Assembly (NCBI GenBank): GCA_963767735.1
Contig: CAVYES010000006.1
Span: 32,001 to 96,000, forward strand
DNA length: 64,000 nucleotides
Direction: 5' to 3'
Origin: Candidatus Bathyarchaeota archaeon
GTDB lineage: Archaea; Thermoproteota; Bathyarchaeia; Bathyarchaeales; Bathycorpusculaceae
Shown here: in pieces, positions 29,784-39,143 of the stretch
How positions within the stretch are numbered: position 1 is the stretch's first letter
Layout: the number at the start of each line of letters is the position of its first letter
Position numbers and translations under genes: made by a program
The notes under the pieces: model-generated
Told to the model about the DNA's origin: nothing
Databases searched by the model: none
Seen by the model: only the letters and a program-made list of their open reading frames with translations

Positions 29784-30821
29784 ATGGTAAAATTTAGTGG
29801 CTGTTACACTGCGCTAATAACCCCCATGACTCGTGATCGCCAAGTCGATTACGAAGGCTTGCGTCAACTGGTAGCTTTCCAAATAAAAGAAGGTGTAAAA
29901 GGTATACTCGCCGTCGGCACTACCGGAGAAAGCCCCACCTTAGACTGGAGTGAACACAACAAGGTTATTGAAAAAACCCACGAATATGCAGGCGCAGAAG
30001 TTTTAACTATCGCTGGAACAGGAAGCAACTCAACGCAGGAAGCCATCGAAGGCACAGAGCACGCCCAGCGCACAGGCATAAAATGTGTTCTGCTTGTAGA
30101 CCCATACTACAATGGGCCAAGCTCGATGGAAATACGTAGAGAATACATTGAGCCAATCGCACGGCAGTTTCCTGAAGTTCAAGTAATTCCATACATTATT
30201 CCAGGCAGGACAGGAACCCAACTTTACCCGCAAGACCTCGCTTTACTTCACAAGCAATACCCAAATGTCAGCTGTGTAAAGGAAGCCACTGGCGACTTGA
30301 AAAACATGGAGTTAACCCGCCAATTCTGCGGTGAAGACTTTGATATTCTCTCAGGAGACGATGACAAAACCTATACTATGATGATTTCGCCCGACATAAG
30401 AGCAAGCGGCGTAATATCTGTAATCTCTAATGTAGCTCCGAGTGCTGTTGTTGATATGGTGCACTATATTCTGGATGGCAACGAAGAGGCGGCAAGCGTA
30501 ATCGCCCAAGCACTGCAACCGCTCTTTAGCATAGTTACCGTTAAAACACAAGAACAAACCTTATACGGCGAGGTTGCATGCAAAGCTCGCAACCCTCTCG
30601 CCTACAAGACGCTAATGAACGTTTTAGGCATGCCATCAGGCCCTTGCAGACAACCATTAGGTAAAATGACTCGCAACGGCTTAGAAGTAGTGCTCACAAA
30701 CGCCAGAAAAGTGTACGAGAACACCTCTGAAATCCTTCAGCCCATTGAAGACTACTTCAACGTCGACTTGAAAGAGCGATTGTATAATGAGAAGTACTTA
30801 GAGGGGCTTTTCTATGCTTAA
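29784..30821 (+). CDS. dapA: 4-hydroxy-tetrahydrodipicolinate synthase
   Basis: GTTGESPTL, PYYN, IPGRTG, VKEATG, LSGDD. Confidence 0.92.
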   Translation: MVKFSGCYTALITPMTRDRQVDYEGLRQLVAFQIKEGVKGILAVGTTGESPTLDWSEHNKVIEKTHEYAGAEVLTIAGTGSNSTQEAIEGTEHAQRTGIKCVLLVDPYYNGPSSMEIRREYIEPIARQFPEVQVIPYIIPGRTGTQLYPQDLALLHKQYPNVSCVKEATGDLKNMELTRQFCGEDFDILSGDDDKTYTMMISPDIRASGVISVISNVAPSAVVDMVHYILDGNEEAASVIAQALQPLFSIVTVKTQEQTLYGEVACKARNPLAYKTLMNVLGMPSGPCRQPLGKMTRNGLEVVLTNARKVYENTSEILQPIEDYFNVDLKERLYNEKYLEGLFYA

Positions 30822-31608
30822 GTTATGTGTGGCAGGCGCCGCAGGCAGAATGGGCAACGCTATCATCAACGAAGCTACCTCAAAAGGGCATCAAATAGCT
30901 GGCGCAGTCGAGGCTCCAAATAATCCCTGCATAGGCAAAACCTTGCGGGAACTTGGCGTTTCCAATTCCGATACAAAAATTCAAAGTTCCGACCGATTGA
31001 GTGAAGCATTACGTGATGCTGACGTTTACGTTAGTTTCACGATGCCCGCTGCTGAAGTGATTAATATACCTATAGTCGTTAACCTTGGAAAACGCATAAT
31101 CCTTGGCACCACAGGTTTTACTCCAGAGCAAAACCGTCGAGTAGTTAACGCCATGTCAGGCAAAGTTCCAGCCGTGTTCTCGCCAAACTATTCAGTAGGC
31201 GTCAACATACTGTTCAAGATAGCTGAAGGTTTGAAGGCTTTTCCATCAGGATATGATTTCAGCATAAACGAAATCCATCATACCGGGAAAAAGGATGCTC
31301 CAAGCGGGACAGCAAAGAAGCTAGGCGAAATCATCGCTAACACGCGCGGCTACACAAAAGTAGTTTCGGGAAGAGAAGGCATAAGCCCAAGGCAGCCTGG
31401 TGAACTTGAAATCACAGCTCTGCGAGCAGGAGGAGTTCCAGGAATCCACGACCTAATCGTTGCAGGACCATATGAGATGTTGCGCATAGAGCACACAGCG
31501 TTCTCCCGTAACGTTTTTGCTCAAGGTGCTGTTTACTCAGCTGAATGGTTAAGTAAACAAAATGAGCTTAAAGTGTTTAGTATGGCTGACGTCTTAGGCT
31601 TATCTTAA
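30814..31608 (+). CDS. dapB: 4-hydroxy-tetrahydrodipicolinate reductase
   Basis: GAAGRMG, GTTG, EIHHTGKKDAPSGTA. Confidence 0.95.
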   Translation: MLKLCVAGAAGRMGNAIINEATSKGHQIAGAVEAPNNPCIGKTLRELGVSNSDTKIQSSDRLSEALRDADVYVSFTMPAAEVINIPIVVNLGKRIILGTTGFTPEQNRRVVNAMSGKVPAVFSPNYSVGVNILFKIAEGLKAFPSGYDFSINEIHHTGKKDAPSGTAKKLGEIIANTRGYTKVVSGREGISPRQPGELEITALRAGGVPGIHDLIVAGPYEMLRIEHTAFSRNVFAQGAVYSAEWLSKQNELKVFSMADVLGLS

Positions 31609-31675
31609 CAGAAAAATCAACCATTAACTTTTTTATCAAGGAAAAACAACTCAGAAGCAAAAGGAAGAACCAATA

Positions 31676-32734
31676 ATGTCGATGAAGCGTAAAGTCGCCA
31701 TATTAGGCGCAACCGGAGCCGTTGGACAACGGTACATTCAATTACTGCAGGGGCACCCGTGGTTCCAAATTGAGGTGCTTGCTGCTTCAGAGCGGTCAGC
31801 AGGCAAAAATTACGGGGATGCTTGCAATTGGGTTATGGAGTCAAACTTGCCCAGAGAAATTGCTGAAATGCCCGTAGCCAACGCTGATGTGGAGTCAGTG
31901 GAGAAGGCAGGCGAGGTGGATTTGGTGTTTTCGTCTCTTCCAGGCGACTTGGCTGGTCCAGTTGAGTCTGAGTTTGCGGCGCTTTTTCCGGTTTTCAGTA
32001 AGGCAAGCGCTCATCGCATGGAAAAAGATGTTCCTTTACTCATTCCAGAGATTAACCCTGATCATGTGGATTTAATTAAGATTCAGCAGAAGTCGCGAGG
32101 TTGGAAAGGCTTCATAACGACTGATCCAAACTGTAGCACTATCCAACTTGCAATTTCGCTAAAGCCTTTGATGCAGTTTGGCTTAAAGCAAATTATTGTT
32201 TCCACCATGCAGGCGCTTAGTGGAGCAGGATACCCGGGTGTTCCATCTTTAGATATAATCGACAATGTTGTTCCCTTCATCTCAGGCGAAGAAGAGAAAA
32301 TGGAGGCGGAAGCCCTAAAAATACTTGGCTCCTTCAACGGCAAAGTTGTCCAAAACGCTGATTTCAAGCTTAGCGCAAGCTGCAACAGAGTTCATGTAAA
32401 GGATGGCCATTTAGAATCAGTCTTCATCAAGCTCGCAGAGGACCCCTCAATAAAAGAAATAGAAGCTGCCTTTGCCAACTTTAGCGGCGAACCGCAAAAG
32501 CTCAAATTGCCCTCTGCTCCGAAAAATCCAATCGTGGTTCGGCATGAGAAAAACAGGCCTCAACCTCGTTTTGACCGAGATACAGGCTGCGGAATGAGCG
32601 TTGTAGTTGGCAGAATTCGCAAGGACCCCATTATGACTTTCAAGTACATGTGTCTTGGACACAATACCATTAGGGGCGGTGCAGGCGCAGGCATTCTGAG
32701 CGCTGAGCTCTTTGTAGCAAAAGGTTTAGCTTAA
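31676..32734 (+). CDS. asd: Aspartate-semialdehyde dehydrogenase
   Basis: GATGAVGQ, PNCST, QALSGAG, SCNRVHVKDGH, HNTIRGGAG. Confidence 0.95.
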   Translation: MSMKRKVAILGATGAVGQRYIQLLQGHPWFQIEVLAASERSAGKNYGDACNWVMESNLPREIAEMPVANADVESVEKAGEVDLVFSSLPGDLAGPVESEFAALFPVFSKASAHRMEKDVPLLIPEINPDHVDLIKIQQKSRGWKGFITTDPNCSTIQLAISLKPLMQFGLKQIIVSTMQALSGAGYPGVPSLDIIDNVVPFISGEEEKMEAEALKILGSFNGKVVQNADFKLSASCNRVHVKDGHLESVFIKLAEDPSIKEIEAAFANFSGEPQKLKLPSAPKNPIVVRHEKNRPQPRFDRDTGCGMSVVVGRIRKDPIMTFKYMCLGHNTIRGGAGAGILSAELFVAKGLA

Positions 32735-32772
32735 CTAATGCTCAAAATAACGCATTCACTGGTGTAGACAAC

Positions 32773-34056
32773 ATGGTAAAGAGAAAGCTTCGTGAACCTT
32801 TAGAAGACCGAAAAGGAAACTTGTTCTTCGACGGCGTTTCGGTTAAGGAATTAGCAGAAAAATACGATACGCCCCTGTACGTGGTAAGTGAGAAACGCAT
32901 CAGGGATAATTATAATCGGATTTATGACGCGCTAATCCGTAATTACAAGTACGTGCGGGTTTATTATGCTGCAAAAGCCAACTCCAACCTCACAGTCCTG
33001 AGGATTCTCCAGTCACAAGGGGCATACTTAGACACTGTCAGCCCTGGCGAAGTGTTCATGGGCTTAATCAGCGGGTATACGCAAGACCGCATAATGTTTA
33101 CAGGAACCAGCGTCCGAAACGACGAATTAAAAATGTTAGCAGACGCCAACATCACTGTAAATGTGGATTCTCAACCAGAGCTAGATAGGCTGCTAAAGAT
33201 TGGTGTGCCCCAGATTTTGTCAGTGCGTGTTAACCCCGAAATCGGCGCCGGCCATCACAGCCACTGCATCACGGCTGGGCCAGACTCAAAATTTGGGCTT
33301 TGGGAAGAAGAAACAATACAGGCTTATGCGATTGCTAAGAGAGCAAGAGTGGAACGCTTTGGCATTCACATGCACATTGGCTCAGGCATCCTTGGCGTGG
33401 AGCCTTATGTTTTGGCGGTGGATAAGCTGTTGAGCATAGCTAAACGTGTTCACGACGAAGTAGGCATAGATTTCGAATTTATCGATATCGGCGGCGGATT
33501 TGGAGTACCTTACAAGCCAGAAGACAAAGAATTTGATTTAGCTGAATTTGCCGCAAAAGTGGTAGCGCCGTTCAAAGGCAAAGTTGCTGAGTATGGTCTC
33601 GGTAAACCATTTTTGTGCATTGAGCCAGGCAGATACTTGGTCTGCGACGCAAGTATCCTCTTAACAACCGTTAACACTGTCAAGGTTACACCTTCAAAAA
33701 AATTCGTTGAAGTAGACGCTGGCTTCAACACATTGGTTAGGCCAACGATGTACGGATCCTACCATCCAATACTAGTTTCAAACAAGCTCGCATTAGCAGA
33801 TAAAGAAACCTACGATGTGGTTGGTCCAATTTGCGAGTCGGGTGATTCTTTAGCCAAAGATCGGACATTGCCCCAGGTTGAAGAAGGTGACTTACTGGCG
33901 GTTTTGAATGCTGGTGCATACGGTTTCAGCATGAGTTCACAATACAACGCAAGACCACGCGCTGCAGAAGTCCTGATTAGGCAAGGTAAACCCGTGGTGA
34001 TTAGGGAACGCGAGCAGCTTGATAATTTAACGGCTAATCAACGGACGGCAGAGTAA
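32773..34056 (+). CDS. lysA: Diaminopimelate decarboxylase
   Basis: YAAKAN, SKFG, HMHIGS, EPGRYLV, GPICESGD, AGAYG. Confidence 0.95.
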   Translation: MVKRKLREPLEDRKGNLFFDGVSVKELAEKYDTPLYVVSEKRIRDNYNRIYDALIRNYKYVRVYYAAKANSNLTVLRILQSQGAYLDTVSPGEVFMGLISGYTQDRIMFTGTSVRNDELKMLADANITVNVDSQPELDRLLKIGVPQILSVRVNPEIGAGHHSHCITAGPDSKFGLWEEETIQAYAIAKRARVERFGIHMHIGSGILGVEPYVLAVDKLLSIAKRVHDEVGIDFEFIDIGGGFGVPYKPEDKEFDLAEFAAKVVAPFKGKVAEYGLGKPFLCIEPGRYLVCDASILLTTVNTVKVTPSKKFVEVDAGFNTLVRPTMYGSYHPILVSNKLALADKETYDVVGPICESGDSLAKDRTLPQVEEGDLLAVLNAGAYGFSMSSQYNARPRAAEVLIRQGKPVVIREREQLDNLTANQRTAE

Positions 34057-34058
34057 CC

Positions 34059-34901
34059 GTGACTCGTTTTTGGAAGATGCATGGTTTAGGAAACGACTAC
34101 ATAGTGATCGACAACAGGGGCGAGAAAATTAGCGGTGCACAAGCTGCAGAATTAGCTAAGAGGCTTTGTGTAAGGCGCTTCTCGGTTGGAGCGGATGGTC
34201 TTTTGTTGGCTTCTTACTCTAAAGCTGCTGATGTTAAAATGAGGATTTTCAACGCTGACGGCAGCGAAGCAGAAATGTGCGGCAACGGAATAAGATGTCT
34301 TGCTAAGTACTGCTACGAAAACAGCATCGTGCCAAAGCAAGAGTTCACAGTTGAAACACTTTCAGGCTTAAAGCATGTATGGTTAACAATAAAGGAACGA
34401 GAGGTTAGTGCTGTCAAGGTGGATATGGGAGCGCCAAACTGGGAAAGAAGCTCCCTTCCCATGCTCGGACAAGGCACATTCATCAACGAGGACTTAGAAA
34501 TCAAAGGTGAAATCTACAAAGCAACATGCCTCTCAATTGGCAATCCTCACTGCGTAACATTCGTTAACCAAGCAGACAGTTTCCCAGTGGAGCTTGTCGG
34601 TCCAGAAATTGAGAACTATAAGGTATTTCCGAAAAGAACCAATGTCAGCTTCGTTCAAGTCCTAAACCAAAACGAGTTGAAAGTTCGTATTTGGGAGCGG
34701 GGTTGCGGCGAAACATTAGCGTGTGGTACTGGAGCCTGTGCTGCTGTGGCTGTTGCAAACAAGCTTGGAAAAGTGGGAAACAAAGTTACCGTACATGTCT
34801 TGGGCGGCGACTTGCAGGTGGAAGTGGCTGACGGCTTGTTTTTGAGTGGTGCAGCCGAAAAAGTTTTTGAAGGAACGCTGTTTGGAGAGGTCTCAACATG
34901 A
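34059..34901 (+). CDS. dapF: Diaminopimelate epimerase
   Basis: KMHGLGND, NADGSEAEMCGNGIRC, GNPH, ERGCGETLACGTG. Confidence 0.96.
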   Translation: MTRFWKMHGLGNDYIVIDNRGEKISGAQAAELAKRLCVRRFSVGADGLLLASYSKAADVKMRIFNADGSEAEMCGNGIRCLAKYCYENSIVPKQEFTVETLSGLKHVWLTIKEREVSAVKVDMGAPNWERSSLPMLGQGTFINEDLEIKGEIYKATCLSIGNPHCVTFVNQADSFPVELVGPEIENYKVFPKRTNVSFVQVLNQNELKVRIWERGCGETLACGTGACAAVAVANKLGKVGNKVTVHVLGGDLQVEVADGLFLSGAAEKVFEGTLFGEVST

Positions 34902-36058
34902 CGTTTGAATATGCAGAGAGAATAAAGCGTTTGCCGCCATACCTGTTTGTTGAAATTGAGAAACAAATTAAAGAAAAAAGGGCTCAAGGCATAGACTTAA
35001 TTTCGCTTAGCATCGGCGACCCCGACCTTCCGCCTCCAAACTTCATCTTAGACGCGCTCAAAGAAGAGGCGGCTAATCCAAAGAACCATAATTACTCCTT
35101 CAGCCAAGGCGAACCAGACTTCCGGGAAGCAGTCGCGAACTGGTACAAGAAACGATTCAGCGTTGACCTGCAACATGACCAAGTGGTCGCGCTTTTAGGA
35201 TCCAAAGAAGGTATAGCAAACATCGCACGCGCATTCATAAACCCTGGCGATCGCGTGTTTGTTCCTGACCCTGCTTACCCCGTGTATGCCAACGGAAGCA
35301 CGATTCTTTGTGATGGCACAACGGTGCCGTTACCGTTATTCGAGGAAAACGGGTTCAAGCCAGACTTTGAAGCAGTTAAGCCAAAGGACATTAAGATGAT
35401 GTTTCTCAATTATCCCAACAACCCGACGGCAGCTACAGTTGACAAAGACTTTCTCAAAGAAGCAGTAGACTTCGCCAAAGACAACGGCATTATCCTCTGC
35501 TATGACAACGCCTACTCCGAAGTAACCTACGACGGCTACCGAGCCCCAAGCATACTGGAAGTAGACGGCGCCATGGATGTTGCAATTGAATTCCACTCAC
35601 TTTCAAAAACCTTCAACATGACAGGCGACCGCATCGGCTTCGCAGTTGGAAACAAGCAACTCGTCAGCGGCTTAACCAAGGTTAAATCGCAAATAGATTC
35701 TGGACCGCCCGTTTACACCCAGAAAGTCGCAGTTAAAGCCTTAGCCGCCTACACAAGCCGCGAACCGCTTGAGTTCCTAAAGAAAAACAACCAAATTCTG
35801 CAGGAACGCCGCGACCTGCTTGTTGAAACACTCTGCAAAATAGGCTACAAATGCGAGAAGCCCAAAGCAACCTTTTACGTTTGGGTTAACTGCAAAGGTG
35901 ACTCAATGCAATTCGCAACTAAACTGCTTAATGCTGGTGTGGCTGTTACGCCAGGCATCGGATTTGGCATGCACGGCGAAGGCTACGCGCGAATAACGTT
36001 TAATCAGCCCAAAGAACGCATAGTTGAAGCCTGTAATAGAATCGCCAGCGCACTCTGA
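34898..36058 (+). CDS. dapL: LL-diaminopimelate aminotransferase (class I PLP)
   Basis: LPPYLF, IGDPD, NYPNNPT, DNAYSE, SLSKTFNMTGDRIG; last gene of the dap operon; no dapD/dapE in the operon. Confidence 0.82.
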   Translation: MTFEYAERIKRLPPYLFVEIEKQIKEKRAQGIDLISLSIGDPDLPPPNFILDALKEEAANPKNHNYSFSQGEPDFREAVANWYKKRFSVDLQHDQVVALLGSKEGIANIARAFINPGDRVFVPDPAYPVYANGSTILCDGTTVPLPLFEENGFKPDFEAVKPKDIKMMFLNYPNNPTAATVDKDFLKEAVDFAKDNGIILCYDNAYSEVTYDGYRAPSILEVDGAMDVAIEFHSLSKTFNMTGDRIGFAVGNKQLVSGLTKVKSQIDSGPPVYTQKVAVKALAAYTSREPLEFLKKNNQILQERRDLLVETLCKIGYKCEKPKATFYVWVNCKGDSMQFATKLLNAGVAVTPGIGFGMHGEGYARITFNQPKERIVEACNRIASAL

Positions 36059-36286
36059 CAGTTTTTCCTTTTCTTTGAGGATATTTTATTAATTCTTAAA
36101 GGCGTCTCTCTACTTTATTGGAAATTGTGATCTCACTTACAGTTAGACCATGCGTTTCGGCCGCTTTTGCTATGAAAAAGCATTTTTCTGAAATTGACGT
36201 TTTCGCACCGTTGCGTTTAGCAATAAGTTAATACAGTATATACTCAAATGTGGTTAATTATATAAATTAAGACGCGTATATGCAGG

Positions 36287-37315
36287 TTGAGGGATAGTAT
36301 GGAACGAAGGGTTATGTCGCTTGGCAGATCTTCTTTGGTTATTTCTCTTCCCAAAAATTGGATGCAGCTAAACGAATTAAAGAAAGGCGATGTTGTCTCA
36401 TTTGCCATCCAACGCGACCGCTCTTTGGTTATTTATCCTGGCGCGAAGAAAAAGACAGAGGCAAAAGAGACAACGCTCCGCATTGACACAAATGAAGACG
36501 AGCTGCTGATTACGATGAAGATAGTGGGCTGCTACCTAAACGGGTACAGCGGAATCACCCTCATCTCAGAAAAGGTTTTTTCCGTTCCGCAGATGAAGGC
36601 AATCCGCAAAGCCGCGGGAATGTTATACCTAAGAATTATGGAGTCTAACTCTAAGGGTGTTTTCATTCAAACCTTAATGGACGAAACCAAAGCAGATCTA
36701 AAGCAAACTGTACTCAGGTTGCATATGATCTCCCAGTCAATGGAGGAGGATGCGATTAAATCGCTGAAAAACAAAGACATAGCCTTGGCAAAAGCTGTTT
36801 TCTCCCTCGACGATGATGTGTACCATTTCGTCTATTTCCTTCTTAGAGTGCTTCGCGATGCTGTTCAAGGCTCAGCTTTGGCAAATGAGTTTAGGCTCGA
36901 CCCGTTGGAATGTATGGATTATCAGACCTTGGTTTACATGATGCGTGATGTGGCAGACAATTCAGCGGAAATAGCGCGGCACGTAATAATGCTGAATGGG
37001 ATTAAACAGGATATTCCTGAGAATGTATTGGAGCTGATGTTCATCGCAGGAAATGAAGCTTTGAATTTATATGTAAAAGCGGTAGACACTTTCTTTTCGA
37101 AGGATATCTCAAAATCAGTTGAGATACTTAGGCAACGAGAAGAAATAGCGAAGTTGGATTCGGAAATAGCCTCCAGAGCATTCGCAGAAAAACAACAAAA
37201 TGAGCAATTGATTTGCGCAATCTGCTCCATTAGAGATAGCATAAAAAGAATTGCGGACTGTGCCGCAAGCGTAGCAAGGATCGCAATAAATCGCGAATTT
37301 ATCTTATCTACTTAG
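36287..37315 (+). CDS. AbrB-PhoU family regulator
   Basis: N-terminal RRVMSLGRSSLVISLPKNW AbrB domain; two PhoU-like helical repeats (DDDVY; IKRIADCAASVA). Confidence 0.85.
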   Translation: MRDSMERRVMSLGRSSLVISLPKNWMQLNELKKGDVVSFAIQRDRSLVIYPGAKKKTEAKETTLRIDTNEDELLITMKIVGCYLNGYSGITLISEKVFSVPQMKAIRKAAGMLYLRIMESNSKGVFIQTLMDETKADLKQTVLRLHMISQSMEEDAIKSLKNKDIALAKAVFSLDDDVYHFVYFLLRVLRDAVQGSALANEFRLDPLECMDYQTLVYMMRDVADNSAEIARHVIMLNGIKQDIPENVLELMFIAGNEALNLYVKAVDTFFSKDISKSVEILRQREEIAKLDSEIASRAFAEKQQNEQLICAICSIRDSIKRIADCAASVARIAINREFILST

Positions 37316-39041
37316 ATACAGGATTTTTTGATGGCGGATAGCTCAAAGTCAGCGTCAACTTGCTCGGGAACAGCTCTTTAGTCAATAGTTTTCGTGCAAG
37401 TGGCAGATCGGTGTTGTAGTTGTATACTTCTTTTCCGTTGGATCGTGCGTCGCGTAGAATCTCTTTTTCAAGTTTGTGTTTTAGATCTCCAACTGTAAGT
37501 GCTCCGATTGTGAAGATTCCAGGCAGCATTTCTCGCATGTCATCTTTTAATTCTATTCCTTCGACTCCGAATGGCGGTACTGCATTTATGTCAAGTAGGA
37601 CCTTCATGGTTTTGACTTCATTCAGCATTTCTTTGTCTATGATGCGAACGCCCATTACTCCTGCGCACATCACTACATCGGCTTTCTTTATGATCTCAAT
37701 TTTCGAAGCTGGAGTTGGCGCGAATATGCCTTCCACTTGAACGCCGTGATCCTTGGCTAATAGTTTAGCTATGCCCTCAGCGTGTTCTTTTCCGTCAACG
37801 CGTTTCGGATTAAGACTGGCAATCATTACTTTGCATCCCATTTTAGCCAAGAGAACAGCAGCTATTTGTCCTACTGCACCTGTGCCTAGGATAGCGACGG
37901 TTTTAGTTTTCAATTCCCCAAGTTTGCTTGCTTCGAGAGCATTTTCGGCTTTTGCTACCATGGCGGCGGCAGTTGTATATGCACCAGCTGGGTCAACGAT
38001 TATGCTTGCTTTGAATGGTGGAAACATCGCATCTTTCATAACTTCAAAGACTTGTTCGGCTCTTTCAGCATTTTTCCCTCCGATCAGAAAGCAGGTGTGC
38101 TTAACTGCCTTGGGTCCTCTGGAGAGTAAAGCGTCCATCACTATACTTTTGACGTCTTCAGGAATGATGTTCTGGTAAGGAACGACTGCATTGTATCCAG
38201 CATCGTAGGCCATGCAGATGTCAAATGGACTTGCTTTAACGTCGGTGTCGAGGTAGAACAGCAGGTATGGCGCGTTTTCAGCTGCTTTTCCGACAACGGG
38301 CTTAACCTGAATCTGCATTGATTGGAGCCAGTTTTCCATTTCCATTGAAGATGGGGTTTCAACCTGAGTTGAGATTATTCTTTTGGAGAGTTTTGCGATT
38401 TCGACATTAGCGTTGACCGATTCCAGCATTTGCTTAACTCCAGCAACGTGCTCGGGGCTGCAAATGTGCAGGCATGTTATCTCGTCTTTGTTCTTGATTT
38501 CTCTTGCGCGCTCCATTATATCCATGACCATCCAGCTTTCTCTTACTGAGAAATTGACTTCGCGTTCTTGTTCCTCTATTTCGGATTGTAAACTCTGGCC
38601 GTATGCAACGAGGTAGTCTCTCTCTGTGGAATCGTCGCTTTTTTGTCTGTTTAGGTTTTCTATGTTCTTGATTATGCTGTCTCTTAATGCTGTTTTTTTG
38701 TCAAAAGCAGATTCAAGATAGGTTTTAGCTTCGCTGTCTATGTCAACGGGGAAGAAGGGTATGCTGCTTTTTTTGAACACGTCGGCTAAGATGTTATCTT
38801 CGAAGAATTCCTTTTGAGATCGATTGCCTAGCTCTTCCGTGACGAAGTCTATATTTACTTTGGCAACCACGTTCTCGACGAATTTGTAGAAGCCAATTGA
38901 TGGTTTTTGGAGAGCTTTTAGGCTATCTTGCTTTGCGGAGAAAGATTTTTCTAAAAGCTGAAAAGGTTCATTGTATTCTTTTTCCTGTATCATTACTGTT
39001 AAATTCTTTTTTTCAAGAGGTTTTACTTCAAGTACTTTCAT
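37308..39041 (-). CDS. NAD(P)-dependent methylene-H4MPT dehydrogenase (MtdB-like) with extra N-terminal domain
   Basis: SPFDICMAYDAG, SRGPK, DPAGAYTTAAAMV, GTGAVG, DINAVPPFGVEG from residue ~257; AGGAGG RBS upstream. Confidence 0.82.
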   Translation of the reverse strand: MKVLEVKPLEKKNLTVMIQEKEYNEPFQLLEKSFSAKQDSLKALQKPSIGFYKFVENVVAKVNIDFVTEELGNRSQKEFFEDNILADVFKKSSIPFFPVDIDSEAKTYLESAFDKKTALRDSIIKNIENLNRQKSDDSTERDYLVAYGQSLQSEIEEQEREVNFSVRESWMVMDIMERAREIKNKDEITCLHICSPEHVAGVKQMLESVNANVEIAKLSKRIISTQVETPSSMEMENWLQSMQIQVKPVVGKAAENAPYLLFYLDTDVKASPFDICMAYDAGYNAVVPYQNIIPEDVKSIVMDALLSRGPKAVKHTCFLIGGKNAERAEQVFEVMKDAMFPPFKASIIVDPAGAYTTAAAMVAKAENALEASKLGELKTKTVAILGTGAVGQIAAVLLAKMGCKVMIASLNPKRVDGKEHAEGIAKLLAKDHGVQVEGIFAPTPASKIEIIKKADVVMCAGVMGVRIIDKEMLNEVKTMKVLLDINAVPPFGVEGIELKDDMREMLPGIFTIGALTVGDLKHKLEKEILRDARSNGKEVYNYNTDLPLARKLLTKELFPSKLTLTLSYPPSKNPVSK

Positions 39042-39087
39042 GTTTTTTGCCTCCTTATTATTGGTTTTACTAGTATGGAGGCGAAAA

Positions 39088-39137
39088 TATATACTTAGTC
39101 GAAATATTGTATATGCAGATATATACGGTATATACAG
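39088..39137. promoter_or_regulatory. Cluster of TATATAC/GTATATGC motifs upstream of the MtdB-like gene (putative operator)
   Basis: Four TATAT(A/G)C cores within 50 nt; similar words upstream of the AbrB-PhoU gene. Confidence 0.4.
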
Positions 39138-39143
39138 TTTGCT

